In this document: positions 1-7,809 of the stretch, piece by piece
Numbering within the stretch: position 1 is the stretch's first letter
How the letters are laid out: each line of letters starts with the position of its first letter
Assembly (NCBI GenBank): GCA_963713615.1
Contig: CAVQMM010000001.1
Coordinates: 2,496,001 to 2,560,000, forward strand
Length of the DNA: 64,000 nt
From: an uncultured Chlamydiae bacterium
GTDB taxonomy: Bacteria; Chlamydiota; Chlamydiia; Chlamydiales; JAJFMA01
Reading direction: 5' to 3'
Translations under genes and position numbers: made by a program
The notes under the pieces: generated by a model
What the model was told of the DNA's origin: nothing
The model's input: the letters and a program-made list of their open reading frames with translations, nothing else
Database searches by the model: none

Positions 1-511
1 TACCCTCGAACAAACCCGCCTGATCCGCAGGCATCGGGGGTGCTACATAACCCTCCGCCACTGGGATATCTTGGCATTGCTCAGCGGCGTCGATGATGGC
101 TGAAATCACGAGATTAAGGTGTGAAAAGGTCTCAGGAGGAAAAGCAGGCTGCTCGGGCTTGTCTCGTACCTGCTTGTCAATGAGGTCTGCAGTGATTCGC
201 TGCGCCTGGTCGTAGTTTTTGCCAATAATGATGTCACAGGCCACTTCGGCAGCACCTATCAGAGCCGTCTGACCCAATACCTGAAACTTGGCATCAACGA
301 TGATCCCATCTTCGAGGTCTACAAGCCAATAGAAGTGCACTTCATTGCCATCTTCGATGCTGCCATCAACACCTTCTACAAGCCTAACACCGCGGGAAGC
401 TGTGGTTTCGGGATCGAAGGTACCGGTATTACGCGGCCTGTCGATCTCCGCTTTCAGCTTGCGGCTATAGCGAGACCAGGGCGAAGACATGATCAAAGCA
501 TTCAAACTCAT
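1..511 (-). CDS. nifU: NifU/IscU-like protein (chlamydial type), runs off the left edge; cluster-binding Cys residues not visible
   Basis: Manual translation from ATG at 511: MSLNALIMSSPWSRYSRKLKAEIDRPRNTG...DGNEVHFYWLVDLEDGIIVDAKFQVLGQTALIGAAEVAC...; NifU_N-like pattern; starts 2 nt after the nifS-like stop. Confidence 0.75.
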   Translation of the reverse strand, partial: MSLNALIMSSPWSRYSRKLKAEIDRPRNTGTFDPETTASRGVRLVEGVDGSIEDGNEVHFYWLVDLEDGIIVDAKFQVLGQTALIGAAEVACDIIIGKNYDQAQRITADLIDKQVRDKPEQPAFPPETFSHLNLVISAIIDAAEQCQDIPVAEGYVAPPMPADQAGLFEG

Positions 512-513
512 AT

Positions 514-1680
514 TTACGTCAGGGTGATGTGTTCAGAAAGCTTGCGCAACCGCGTCGCCGTGGCGACAATGATCTCCACAGCTCGGTCAATTTCTTCCTC
601 GTAGGTGGCCCTAGAAAGGCTAAAGCTCAGGGTCGAATGCGCTAGGGTAGGGTTTATGCCGGAAGCCTCTAACACTAACCCAATCTGCTGGAAATTGCCG
701 CCACCCATGCTGGCAAATAGCTGCTGACGGTCTAAGGCATACAAAAATGCCTCATTGGATATACCTGGAAAGGCAATAGCCGTGCAGGCTGGCAGGCGCT
801 GCTCATCGCGGAAGAAAACCACGGCATCAGGATAACCCGCCAAAATGCCCGCCTCTAGCCGTCCACGCAACCGGGAAACCTCCGTACACATAAGATCTCG
901 ACTATCCAAAGCCTCCTGACACGCTACTCCCAAGCCTACCAAAGCGGGCATGTTGACATCGCCAGCCCGCAGACCTGCCTGCTGAGAACCACCCAACAAC
1001 AGCGGAGAAAGACGTACCCCTTCCTTAATCCACAAAGCACCACTGCCTTTTGGACCATGAAGATTATCGCCATTGAAGGTGATAAAATCCGCTCCTACAT
1101 CCGCTAAATCAAAGTACAGCTTGCCTAAAACATGCGACGCCTCTAGATGAAACAAAATTCCGCGCTCCTGACATAGCGAGGCTATCTCACCCACGGGATT
1201 GATCACGCCCGTCAAGCCATTAGCCCAGGATAAAGATAGCAAGGCTGTACGGGGAGTGATGACGTCGGCGATCGCTTGTGCCGTCACGTAGCCACCCGTG
1301 GTAACAGTAGCCATCTTGCCAACGCAACCCATCTGCTCCAGGCGTCCCACTGCCAAAATGGCTGGAGCTTCATCAATCCCTGCAGTCACAAAATGATTCT
1401 TGCCGGTCGGACGCGTCACATCGAAATAAACTGACTGGATAACCTGGTTGACCGCTTCGGTCCCTGAAGAGGTAAAAACAATCGTATCTTTCTCATGAGC
1501 TCCAAGAAGAGCATAAAGAGACCGGTAGGCTTCTTCAAGCGCTGGATAGAGCCGCTGCCCCATCTGGTGAGGCTGAGATGGCGCCCCCCAATACTCCGAG
1601 AGGTAGGAGACCATTTTGCCCACTGTCTGCTGAGAGGGACGTGTTGTTGCTGCATTGTCCAGGTAGATGGACTGAGACAT
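514..1680 (-). CDS. NifS/IscS-like class V aminotransferase-fold protein with degenerate active site
   Basis: YLDNAATT, FTSSGTEA, GPKG and SLSR motifs present; the EH, HK and GSAC catalytic motifs are replaced. Confidence 0.85.
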   Translation of the reverse strand: MSQSIYLDNAATTRPSQQTVGKMVSYLSEYWGAPSQPHQMGQRLYPALEEAYRSLYALLGAHEKDTIVFTSSGTEAVNQVIQSVYFDVTRPTGKNHFVTAGIDEAPAILAVGRLEQMGCVGKMATVTTGGYVTAQAIADVITPRTALLSLSWANGLTGVINPVGEIASLCQERGILFHLEASHVLGKLYFDLADVGADFITFNGDNLHGPKGSGALWIKEGVRLSPLLLGGSQQAGLRAGDVNMPALVGLGVACQEALDSRDLMCTEVSRLRGRLEAGILAGYPDAVVFFRDEQRLPACTAIAFPGISNEAFLYALDRQQLFASMGGGNFQQIGLVLEASGINPTLAHSTLSFSLSRATYEEEIDRAVEIIVATATRLRKLSEHITLT

Positions 1681-1694
1681 CGTTTACCGTTTCG

Positions 1695-2384
1695 CTATTT
1701 TTTTGAAGCTTCGCGCTTGACAAAGCCATTGTTGTCATAATCATACAAGATTGGCAGGCCGGTAGGAAGCTCCAAATTGACGACTTCTTCGTGGCTAAGA
1801 CCATCTAGATACATGATGATCGCTCTAAGAGAATTGCCATGCGCTGACACTAACACATTCTGATTCGCCTGTAACAATGGTACAATGTTCTCGGTGAAGT
1901 AGGGAATCGCTCGGTCAGCTGTCATTGCTAAGCTTTCCCCGTTGGGAGGGCACGTATCGTAGCTGCGTCGCCATTTCTTTACCTGGTCAGCACCAAAGCG
2001 CTCAGCTGTTTCAGCCTTATTAAGCCCTTGTAGCTCGCCATACATTCTTTCGTTGAGCTCCCAAGCACGCAGAACAGGGATGCATTCCTCTTGAGCCGCC
2101 TCGCTGTAGATCTTCGCCCACTCCTCTAGTTTGCCTTCTTCGGGATGCATGATCACAGGAATTTTACCCGATGAATGGTTCACCATCGCCAGCATCGCAG
2201 TCATTTGAGCCCGCATTAGTGTGGTGGTGACAATAACGTCAATGGGGATGTTCCTGATGATCATGCCAGCAGCCAAGGCCTCATCAATCCCTTTCTTGGA
2301 GAGTGGAACATCCACCCAACCCGTAAAGAGATTAAGCTTATTCCATTCCGATTGCCCGTGACGCAGTAGAATTAGTGTAGTCAT
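1695..2384 (-). CDS. gpmA: 2,3-bisphosphoglycerate-dependent phosphoglycerate mutase
   Basis: LLRHGQSEWN, LNERMYGELQG and AHGNSLR motifs; start moved to MTTLILLRHG (2384). Confidence 0.95.
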   Translation of the reverse strand: MTTLILLRHGQSEWNKLNLFTGWVDVPLSKKGIDEALAAGMIIRNIPIDVIVTTTLMRAQMTAMLAMVNHSSGKIPVIMHPEEGKLEEWAKIYSEAAQEECIPVLRAWELNERMYGELQGLNKAETAERFGADQVKKWRRSYDTCPPNGESLAMTADRAIPYFTENIVPLLQANQNVLVSAHGNSLRAIIMYLDGLSHEEVVNLELPTGLPILYDYDNNGFVKREASKK

Positions 2385-2528
2385 AAGATTGGCTCTCTTT
2401 GTTAGCGTTAAAGAATATCCCATGACGTCATATTTGACGATAGGAAACATCGCGGTACGCTCATTTTCGGAGAGAGAAAGAAAATTTGGTTTTTCGCTCA
2501 CTGGACCTTTTGACGGTTACAATTGAGC

Positions 2529-3782
2529 TCAACAGGGGTCGTGAATAGGTACCAATTTTCCTGATTTTCGGAAACCAAAGAAGAAATGTTGAGTAGCTAC
2601 TAAGCATAAGAACGAGCATAGCAGCATTACCCCTGTAGCGCCTACTATGGTGTAAAGAATAGCACCGAGAGCCGGAGCAAAGCACCCTCTAATTCCAACC
2701 ATTAAAACATTCGTTCCGCTAAAAACGACACTCTCTTCCTTTTGAGCAAAAACGGGTCCAGACATGTGCCAACCCAACTCGCTTCCAGCTTGCATAATTC
2801 CATATAGCAAATAGGCAGCATACAGAAATCCGATGTGGTATTGAGCTATTAACAACAGAAAAGGAAAAATTGCGGTAATGGCAGTCACGAGTCCACAAAA
2901 ATGATAGATATTTATGTTTCGAAACAGCCCCACCCAAAACGGCGAGGTGATAGCAAATGCGATTCCCTTGCAGGCTGCCAAAGCAAACAACATTTTAGTA
3001 TAAGATAGATTGAGGGTATCTACAAAAAATATAGGAAGAGCAGGCTGCATGACCATAATGCCCGAAGCGGCTAACATAAACCCCATTTGAAAATGCGCAA
3101 ACCCTATGTTCTTTCGAATCAAACGCCAGCTATCTATCCAAGGCTTCACGACTCGTTCTCGGAGGGGCATAGTGTCATTTACTTCAGGAACAACGTATCC
3201 ACATATAGAGGGTGTTGGAATCCAGTAAAGCAATATTGTCGAAAATAATCCCAAAAGCGCCGTCAGCGGGAATAGCCAACACCAAGAACATTCATACTCA
3301 TCTAGTATCATTCCTAATATGAAAGGCAATAAACCAGCTCCACAATAGTCGATGGTTGAGCCGTGAGATACTAAGCGCTCACGCCCCAATGTGGGAATGT
3401 TACATTTGATCGTTTCCATCCATGCGGGAATGACTCCCCGATAAAGAGCCATATAAAGGCCAAAAATGCCTACTATAATTTCTGGGATATCTATCCATGG
3501 AACAAACAAAAACGGTAAGTAGCGCCAAATATTCGCCCAGATTAGGTTAGGAATGATACGATTTGGGCGATTATGTATAGCTTGACTCCAATAAGGAGCA
3601 AAAAGAGCCGACATTGGCTTAAGAGCTATCATGATAGCAATCGTCCAAGGGCTAACATTCATCTCCTTATAAAAAATCACGGGCAGTAAGTTGACCAAGC
3701 CCCAAAAAGGAACCCCTAGTATCCGTGTCCACAAGAATGCGAACCGTGTGCGATGTGCTATTTGATTAGCAGAATAACTCAC
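2529..3782 (-). CDS. MFS transporter
   Basis: 417 aa with about 12 hydrophobic segments in two halves. Confidence 0.8.
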   Translation of the reverse strand: MSYSANQIAHRTRFAFLWTRILGVPFWGLVNLLPVIFYKEMNVSPWTIAIMIALKPMSALFAPYWSQAIHNRPNRIIPNLIWANIWRYLPFLFVPWIDIPEIIVGIFGLYMALYRGVIPAWMETIKCNIPTLGRERLVSHGSTIDYCGAGLLPFILGMILDEYECSWCWLFPLTALLGLFSTILLYWIPTPSICGYVVPEVNDTMPLRERVVKPWIDSWRLIRKNIGFAHFQMGFMLAASGIMVMQPALPIFFVDTLNLSYTKMLFALAACKGIAFAITSPFWVGLFRNINIYHFCGLVTAITAIFPFLLLIAQYHIGFLYAAYLLYGIMQAGSELGWHMSGPVFAQKEESVVFSGTNVLMVGIRGCFAPALGAILYTIVGATGVMLLCSFLCLVATQHFFFGFRKSGKLVPIHDPC

Positions 3783-3901
3783 TACAATACCCCAGTATTT
3801 TTAAATACACGTGACTGCAAGTATTCAAGTAAAGAATGCGAGAAAGCATGGACTTTGTGGCCAGGTGGGGTATAAGTTAACAAAATAGCTTTTTTTTAAT
3901 C

Positions 3902-4123
3902 TTAGGCTTCCTTCTCCTTCTTTTTGCGCTCCTCGTCTTCGCGAGCCTTATGGATATAGTAATAGTCATTCGTATGATCGTCGGTCATCGGATTACACAC
4001 CTGATAGCAAATACACGGCTGTCCGATTTTCGTTGTAAACGACTGTTTCAAACCCACAGTATCTTCAAGTAAAGCACATGAAGCGATCAGGGGCACTATT
4101 GCACTACTCAAACAAACTAACAT
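3902..4123 (-). CDS. Small putative lipoprotein
   Basis: GGAGG upstream of ATG; hydrophobic N-terminus ending in lipobox-like IASC; charged C-terminus. Confidence 0.55.
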   Translation of the reverse strand: MLVCLSSAIVPLIASCALLEDTVGLKQSFTTKIGQPCICYQVCNPMTDDHTNDYYYIHKAREDEERKKKEKEA

Positions 4124-4255
4124 ATTGATCCCTCCTTTTTCTGCTATTCAAGGTTAAAACTATTTAACCTCAACTCATTCACAACCAATGAGAATAAGAT
4201 ACTACGCAAAAGTCAAATTTCGGCTACTTTGCCTATTTTGTCAAGTTCAAATATC

Positions 4256-4415
4256 GGCCTTGTTCACCTTTACGGTCAGAATTTCGGTCGGACGAAAAAG
4301 GTCGGATGTCGTGGTTTGTGACGAGGGCATAGCGCCAGCTATGTCCGAGGAGCAAAACGCGACAGACGATCCTTTTGCAGTCGACCGAAAACTGACCGCA
4401 AAGGTGAATAAGGCC
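4256..4415. mobile_element. 160-bp MITE family A, copy 1
   Basis: TIR GGCCTTGTTCACCTTTACGGTCAG / CTGACCGCAAAGGTGAATAAGGCC; 8-bp direct repeat CAAATATC at 4248-4255 and 4416-4423; identical to the copies at 41653 and 59383. Confidence 0.92.
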
Positions 4416-4424
4416 CAAATATCG

Positions 4425-4615
4425 GCCTCATCCGGTTTTGTAGGATTGGACTACACTGGCAGGCGTGAGCCCAAGAAATTCATGGATATGCATGATATTT
4501 AGGACACTCCAGAGAAGCCTCCAAACAGAACAGGTTCTCTTTTCCTTTTCTCCATTAATCATGTTCTTGGCTTACGTCTACCTGTGTAGTCAAGTCCTAC
4601 AAAACCGGATAAACT
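4425..4615. mobile_element. About 190-bp MITE-like palindromic element (family B)
   Basis: Imperfect long inverted repeat ATCCGGTTTTGTAGGATTGGACTACAC... / ...GTGTAGTCAAGTCCTACAAAACCGGAT; AAATATCG at 4417-4424 and 4616-4623. Confidence 0.7.
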
Positions 4616-4639
4616 AAATATCGATTTTAAATAAACTGC

Positions 4640-4668
4640 TTGCAAAAAAAGTGCCGCATGGTTACAAT
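4640..4668 (+). promoter_or_regulatory. Sigma70/sigma66-type promoter of the purH-his operon
   Basis: TTGCAA (4640-4645), 17-bp spacer, TACAAT (4663-4668), about 40 nt upstream of the leader ATG. Confidence 0.75.
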
Positions 4669-4708
4669 GTGGATTGATCAGACAAATAGTCTGGCTTGGA
4701 GGCCCTAA

Positions 4709-4798
4709 ATGCAATCATGCAAAATCAACAGTCTTGGTTCCTTCGTTCGCACGACCCTCCAGTCTTGCAGTCATCTCCATCATCACCATCATTGCTAA
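4709..4798 (+). CDS. hisL: Histidine-operon leader peptide, 29 aa (MQSCKINSLGSFVRTTLQSCSHLHHHHHC)
   Basis: GGAGG at 4698-4702, ATG 4709, CAT CTC CAT CAT CAC CAT CAT TGC TAA; lies between the promoter and the first gene of a his operon. Confidence 0.85.
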   Translation: MQSCKINSLGSFVRTTLQSCSHLHHHHHC

Positions 4799-4905
4799 TT
4801 TTTTTTGAGAAGTAAGCCGTTTGGCTTAACTTGTCACATGGCCGTCAAGTACAAATTTTGCTGACTAGTTAGGCCTATGGGACATCACTTCTCGACCCAT
4901 TTTTG
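4799..4905 (+). promoter_or_regulatory. Putative attenuator region downstream of the His leader
   Basis: T8 directly after the leader stop; hairpin TAAGCC-GTTT-GGCTTA (4813-4828); alternative pairing GAGAAGT (4807-4813) / ACTTCTC (4887-4893); weak ATGGG/CCCAT stem (4877-4900) followed by a T run. Confidence 0.45.
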
Positions 4906-4945
4906 CGTAACTACGTATTCAACTTTTTATTATCAAGGAATTGCC

Positions 4946-6385
4946 ATGAAAAAGGCATTGCTTTCCACATCTAACAAGAACGGTCTTGCTGATTTAGCAG
5001 GAGGACTACTAAAACTGGGTTACGAGCTCCTAGCCACACGCGGAACCGCGCAATTTCTACAAGAACAAGGTTTCACAACAACCGAAGTTGCAGAATATAC
5101 AGACTACCCAGAATTACTTGGCGGCAAGGTAAAGACTCTACATCCCAAGATCTTTGGCGGTCTCCTCGCTACGCCAGAACAATATACAGAAATGCAATCC
5201 TATGGCATTTCCCCCATTGACGTCGTTGTCGTTAACCTTTACCCCGACGAGATCGATATCGGCGGTGTGGCGTTGCTACGTGCAGCAGCCAAAAATTACC
5301 GCTATGTCCTCTCCTTGTGCGAGGAAGCCGATTACCAACCGGCTTTAAACTTCTTAGCAACTCAACAGCCGGATGTGCCATTCCGAAAAAGGCTTGCCGC
5401 CAAAGCCTTTGCCTACACTGCACGTTATGATGCTAAGCTAGCTCAAAGCTTAAGTGATGAGGAATTCCCCCAGACTTTTGTGCAGGCATTCTCTAAGGCT
5501 GGTGATCTTCGCTACGGCGAAAACCCTGACCAACGCGCTGCCTTCTATATACGCGAAGGGGGTTCCCGCCCCCTTTTGCTTAAGGGTGAGGAACTCTCCT
5601 ACAATAACCTGCTCGATAGCGACGCTGCCATACGCCTCGTCAGTGGCTTCAACGAACCTACTTGCGCAGTCATCAAGCACACAAATCCCTGTGGAACGTC
5701 GTCAGCGCCTTCTTTACGCACTGCTTTCCAACAGGCCTACGATGCTGATTCCTTGTCAGCCTACGGTGGGATCATAGCCTTTAACAAACCTGTTGATGCA
5801 CAAACTGCTGCAGAACTTAAGGATAAATTCGTCGAGGTTCTGATTGCCCCAGACTACGAAGAGGGGGTCTTGGCTATGCTTCAAAACAAAAAGAAGCTGA
5901 GAATCCTCAAAGCATCTTTAGACGCCAACCCCTACACTTTCAGCGCTGTCACCAATGGTATGCTTTACCAAAGTGCATCCACCGCGGACTTCGCCACACT
6001 ATCCGTGACCTGTCCAACAGACGTTAAACCAACATCGGAACAACTTGCGGATCTGATCTTTGCCGCCAAGGTAAACCGATGCGTAAAGAGTAATGGTATT
6101 GTCTTAGCTAAAAACCAAACGACTGTTGGCATTGGAGCAGGACAGATGAGCCGTCTCGATGCCACTACACTAGCTATCCTAAAGGCTCAGGATAGGGCTC
6201 AAGGGGCGGTACTTTCCAGCGATGGCTTCTTTCCCTTCAGTGATTCCATCGAACAGGCTGCTAAAGCCGGTGTGGTGGCAATCATTCAACCGGGAGGCTC
6301 CATCCGCGATGACGATGTCATTAAGGCCTGCAACACCTATGAAATCGCCATGGTCATGACGGGCATAAGAACCTTTAAGCATTGA
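4946..6385 (+). CDS. purH: Bifunctional AICAR transformylase/IMP cyclohydrolase
   Basis: GGKVKTLHP, IDIGG, LRYGENP, KHTNPCG, GAGQMSR, SDGFFPF and QPGGSIRD motifs; AAGGA before ATG 4946. Confidence 0.95.
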   Translation: MKKALLSTSNKNGLADLAGGLLKLGYELLATRGTAQFLQEQGFTTTEVAEYTDYPELLGGKVKTLHPKIFGGLLATPEQYTEMQSYGISPIDVVVVNLYPDEIDIGGVALLRAAAKNYRYVLSLCEEADYQPALNFLATQQPDVPFRKRLAAKAFAYTARYDAKLAQSLSDEEFPQTFVQAFSKAGDLRYGENPDQRAAFYIREGGSRPLLLKGEELSYNNLLDSDAAIRLVSGFNEPTCAVIKHTNPCGTSSAPSLRTAFQQAYDADSLSAYGGIIAFNKPVDAQTAAELKDKFVEVLIAPDYEEGVLAMLQNKKKLRILKASLDANPYTFSAVTNGMLYQSASTADFATLSVTCPTDVKPTSEQLADLIFAAKVNRCVKSNGIVLAKNQTTVGIGAGQMSRLDATTLAILKAQDRAQGAVLSSDGFFPFSDSIEQAAKAGVVAIIQPGGSIRDDDVIKACNTYEIAMVMTGIRTFKH

Positions 6386-6395
6386 GGAGAACTAC

Positions 6396-6695
6396 ATGGA
6401 TATTGATTTTGAAAAAGGTGGAGGCCTGGTTCCGGCTATCATCCAGGACTGCCACACCAAAACGGTTTTGATGCTCGGCTACATGAACGCCGAAGCCCTA
6501 GCCAAAACGCAGCAAGAAGATCGAGTGTGGTTCTTTAGCCGCTCGAAAAATCGGTTGTGGTTGAAAGGAGAGACCTCAGGGAACTTCCTAATATTAAAGC
6601 GCATTTGCGTAGATTGCGACAGAGATACCTTGCTTATCGAAGCAGAGCCTGTCGGAAATGTTTGTCACTTAGATAAGGAGTCGTGTTTCTCATGA
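6396..6695 (+). CDS. hisI: Phosphoribosyl-AMP cyclohydrolase
   Basis: FFSRSKNRLWLKGETSGN, DCDRD and CH..SCF motifs. Confidence 0.95.
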   Translation: MDIDFEKGGGLVPAIIQDCHTKTVLMLGYMNAEALAKTQQEDRVWFFSRSKNRLWLKGETSGNFLILKRICVDCDRDTLLIEAEPVGNVCHLDKESCFS

Positions 6696-7537
6696 TAAAA
6701 ATAGGATTACCAAATAAGGGAAGACTCAGTGAGCAGACGCTCGAGCTTCTCAATAAGGCAGGCTTCAAGGTCCTAGCTAAGGAGCGCAAGCTCTCCGCCC
6801 GATGTCAAAACTTCGACCTGGAAGTCATCTTCGTGCGCGCCAACAATATTCCCTCTTTTATTGCCGAAGGAATAATCGATCTCGGTATCACGGGCTTAGA
6901 TCTCGTTAAGGAACAGAACGTCGATATCGAAATGCTTCTTCCCCTAGACTTCGGCACTGCAGAACTCGTGCTAGCTGCGCCTAGAGGTTTCTCCATTGAA
7001 GACTTGTATAAGCGCAAGATTAGGATTGCCACTTCATTCCCAAATCTAACACGAGCCTTTTGCCAAGCGCAAGGGATCGAAGCTGACATCATAGAAATGT
7101 CTGGAGCCGTTGAGCTCGCCCCTAAACTTGATGTTGCCGATGCGATCGTTGACCTCACCACGTCGGGAGAAACGCTGCGCATGAATGATCTGGTACAGTT
7201 AATTAGTCTACTAGAGAGCCGAGCATGCCTGTTTGCCAGTAAGTCAAGAACCTGCAACGGTGCTGTAGACAAAATTGTTACGGCGTTTCAGTCTGTTCTG
7301 CTAGCCCACGAGAAGAAATTTCTCATCGCCAATGCCCCTAAGGCCTGCTTGCCAGAGCTGGTAAACATCGCCCCCGGATTGAGTGGGCCGACCTTCACCT
7401 CTATTCTAGGTAGAGACGATCTGTGTGCTATTCAGGTGGTCATTGATGAACGCCAAACGGCTGAGATCATCGACAAACTCAAAAAGCTAGGCGCTACCGG
7501 TATTCTCGTCACTAACGTCGAACAGGTGGTGCCTTGA
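6692..7537 (+). CDS. hisG: ATP phosphoribosyltransferase, long form
   Basis: PNKGRL, DLGITG, GAVELAP and DLTTSGETL motifs plus C-terminal regulatory domain; ATGA overlap with hisI. Confidence 0.95.
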   Translation: MIKIGLPNKGRLSEQTLELLNKAGFKVLAKERKLSARCQNFDLEVIFVRANNIPSFIAEGIIDLGITGLDLVKEQNVDIEMLLPLDFGTAELVLAAPRGFSIEDLYKRKIRIATSFPNLTRAFCQAQGIEADIIEMSGAVELAPKLDVADAIVDLTTSGETLRMNDLVQLISLLESRACLFASKSRTCNGAVDKIVTAFQSVLLAHEKKFLIANAPKACLPELVNIAPGLSGPTFTSILGRDDLCAIQVVIDERQTAEIIDKLKKLGATGILVTNVEQVVP

Positions 7538-7809
7538 TGTTTGAAGATTTAGAACAACTCATTAGTCAAAGACAAGCAGAAGGCGACTCTAAATCTTACA
7601 CCCAACGCCTGCTTACGGAGGGCAACCTGGTAGAACGCAAGGTTAACGAAGAGGCCTATGAGGTCATCGAAGCCGCGTTAACAGGCAATCGAGAGCAGAT
7701 TATCTATGAGACAGGGGATCTCCTGTATCACCTGTTTGTTTTGTTGAGAAAAAATAATATTACACTCGCTGAAATAGACCAGGAACTAAAAGGACGAAGA
7801 AAATCATGA
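7537..7809 (+). CDS. hisE: Phosphoribosyl-ATP pyrophosphatase
   Basis: SYT, KVNEEAYE and ETGDLLYH motifs; TGATG overlap with hisG. Confidence 0.93.
   Translation: MFEDLEQLISQRQAEGDSKSYTQRLLTEGNLVERKVNEEAYEVIEAALTGNREQIIYETGDLLYHLFVLLRKNNITLAEIDQELKGRRKS

Noticed and set aside
4188..4502. ORFs at 4188, 4233, 41600, 41630, 59360 and 59369 as a repeated protein family
   Set aside because: They are read-throughs of the 160-bp MITE with unrelated flanks and no consistent start or RBS
4877..4945. N-terminal extension of PurH (MGHHFSTH...) as a second His sensor
   Set aside because: No clear RBS at 4877, whereas 4946 has AAGGA and matches the usual PurH start; three His codons may be chance, though not fully excluded
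4675..4945. ZMP/ZTP riboswitch or T-box upstream of purH
   Set aside because: I could not find their conserved sequence elements by eye; the His-codon leader explains the region better. An Rfam scan would settle it
5225..5270. PurH shortened between VNLYP and IDIGG as a sign of inactivation
   Set aside because: The deletion is in frame in a variable helical segment and the flanking catalytic motifs are intact
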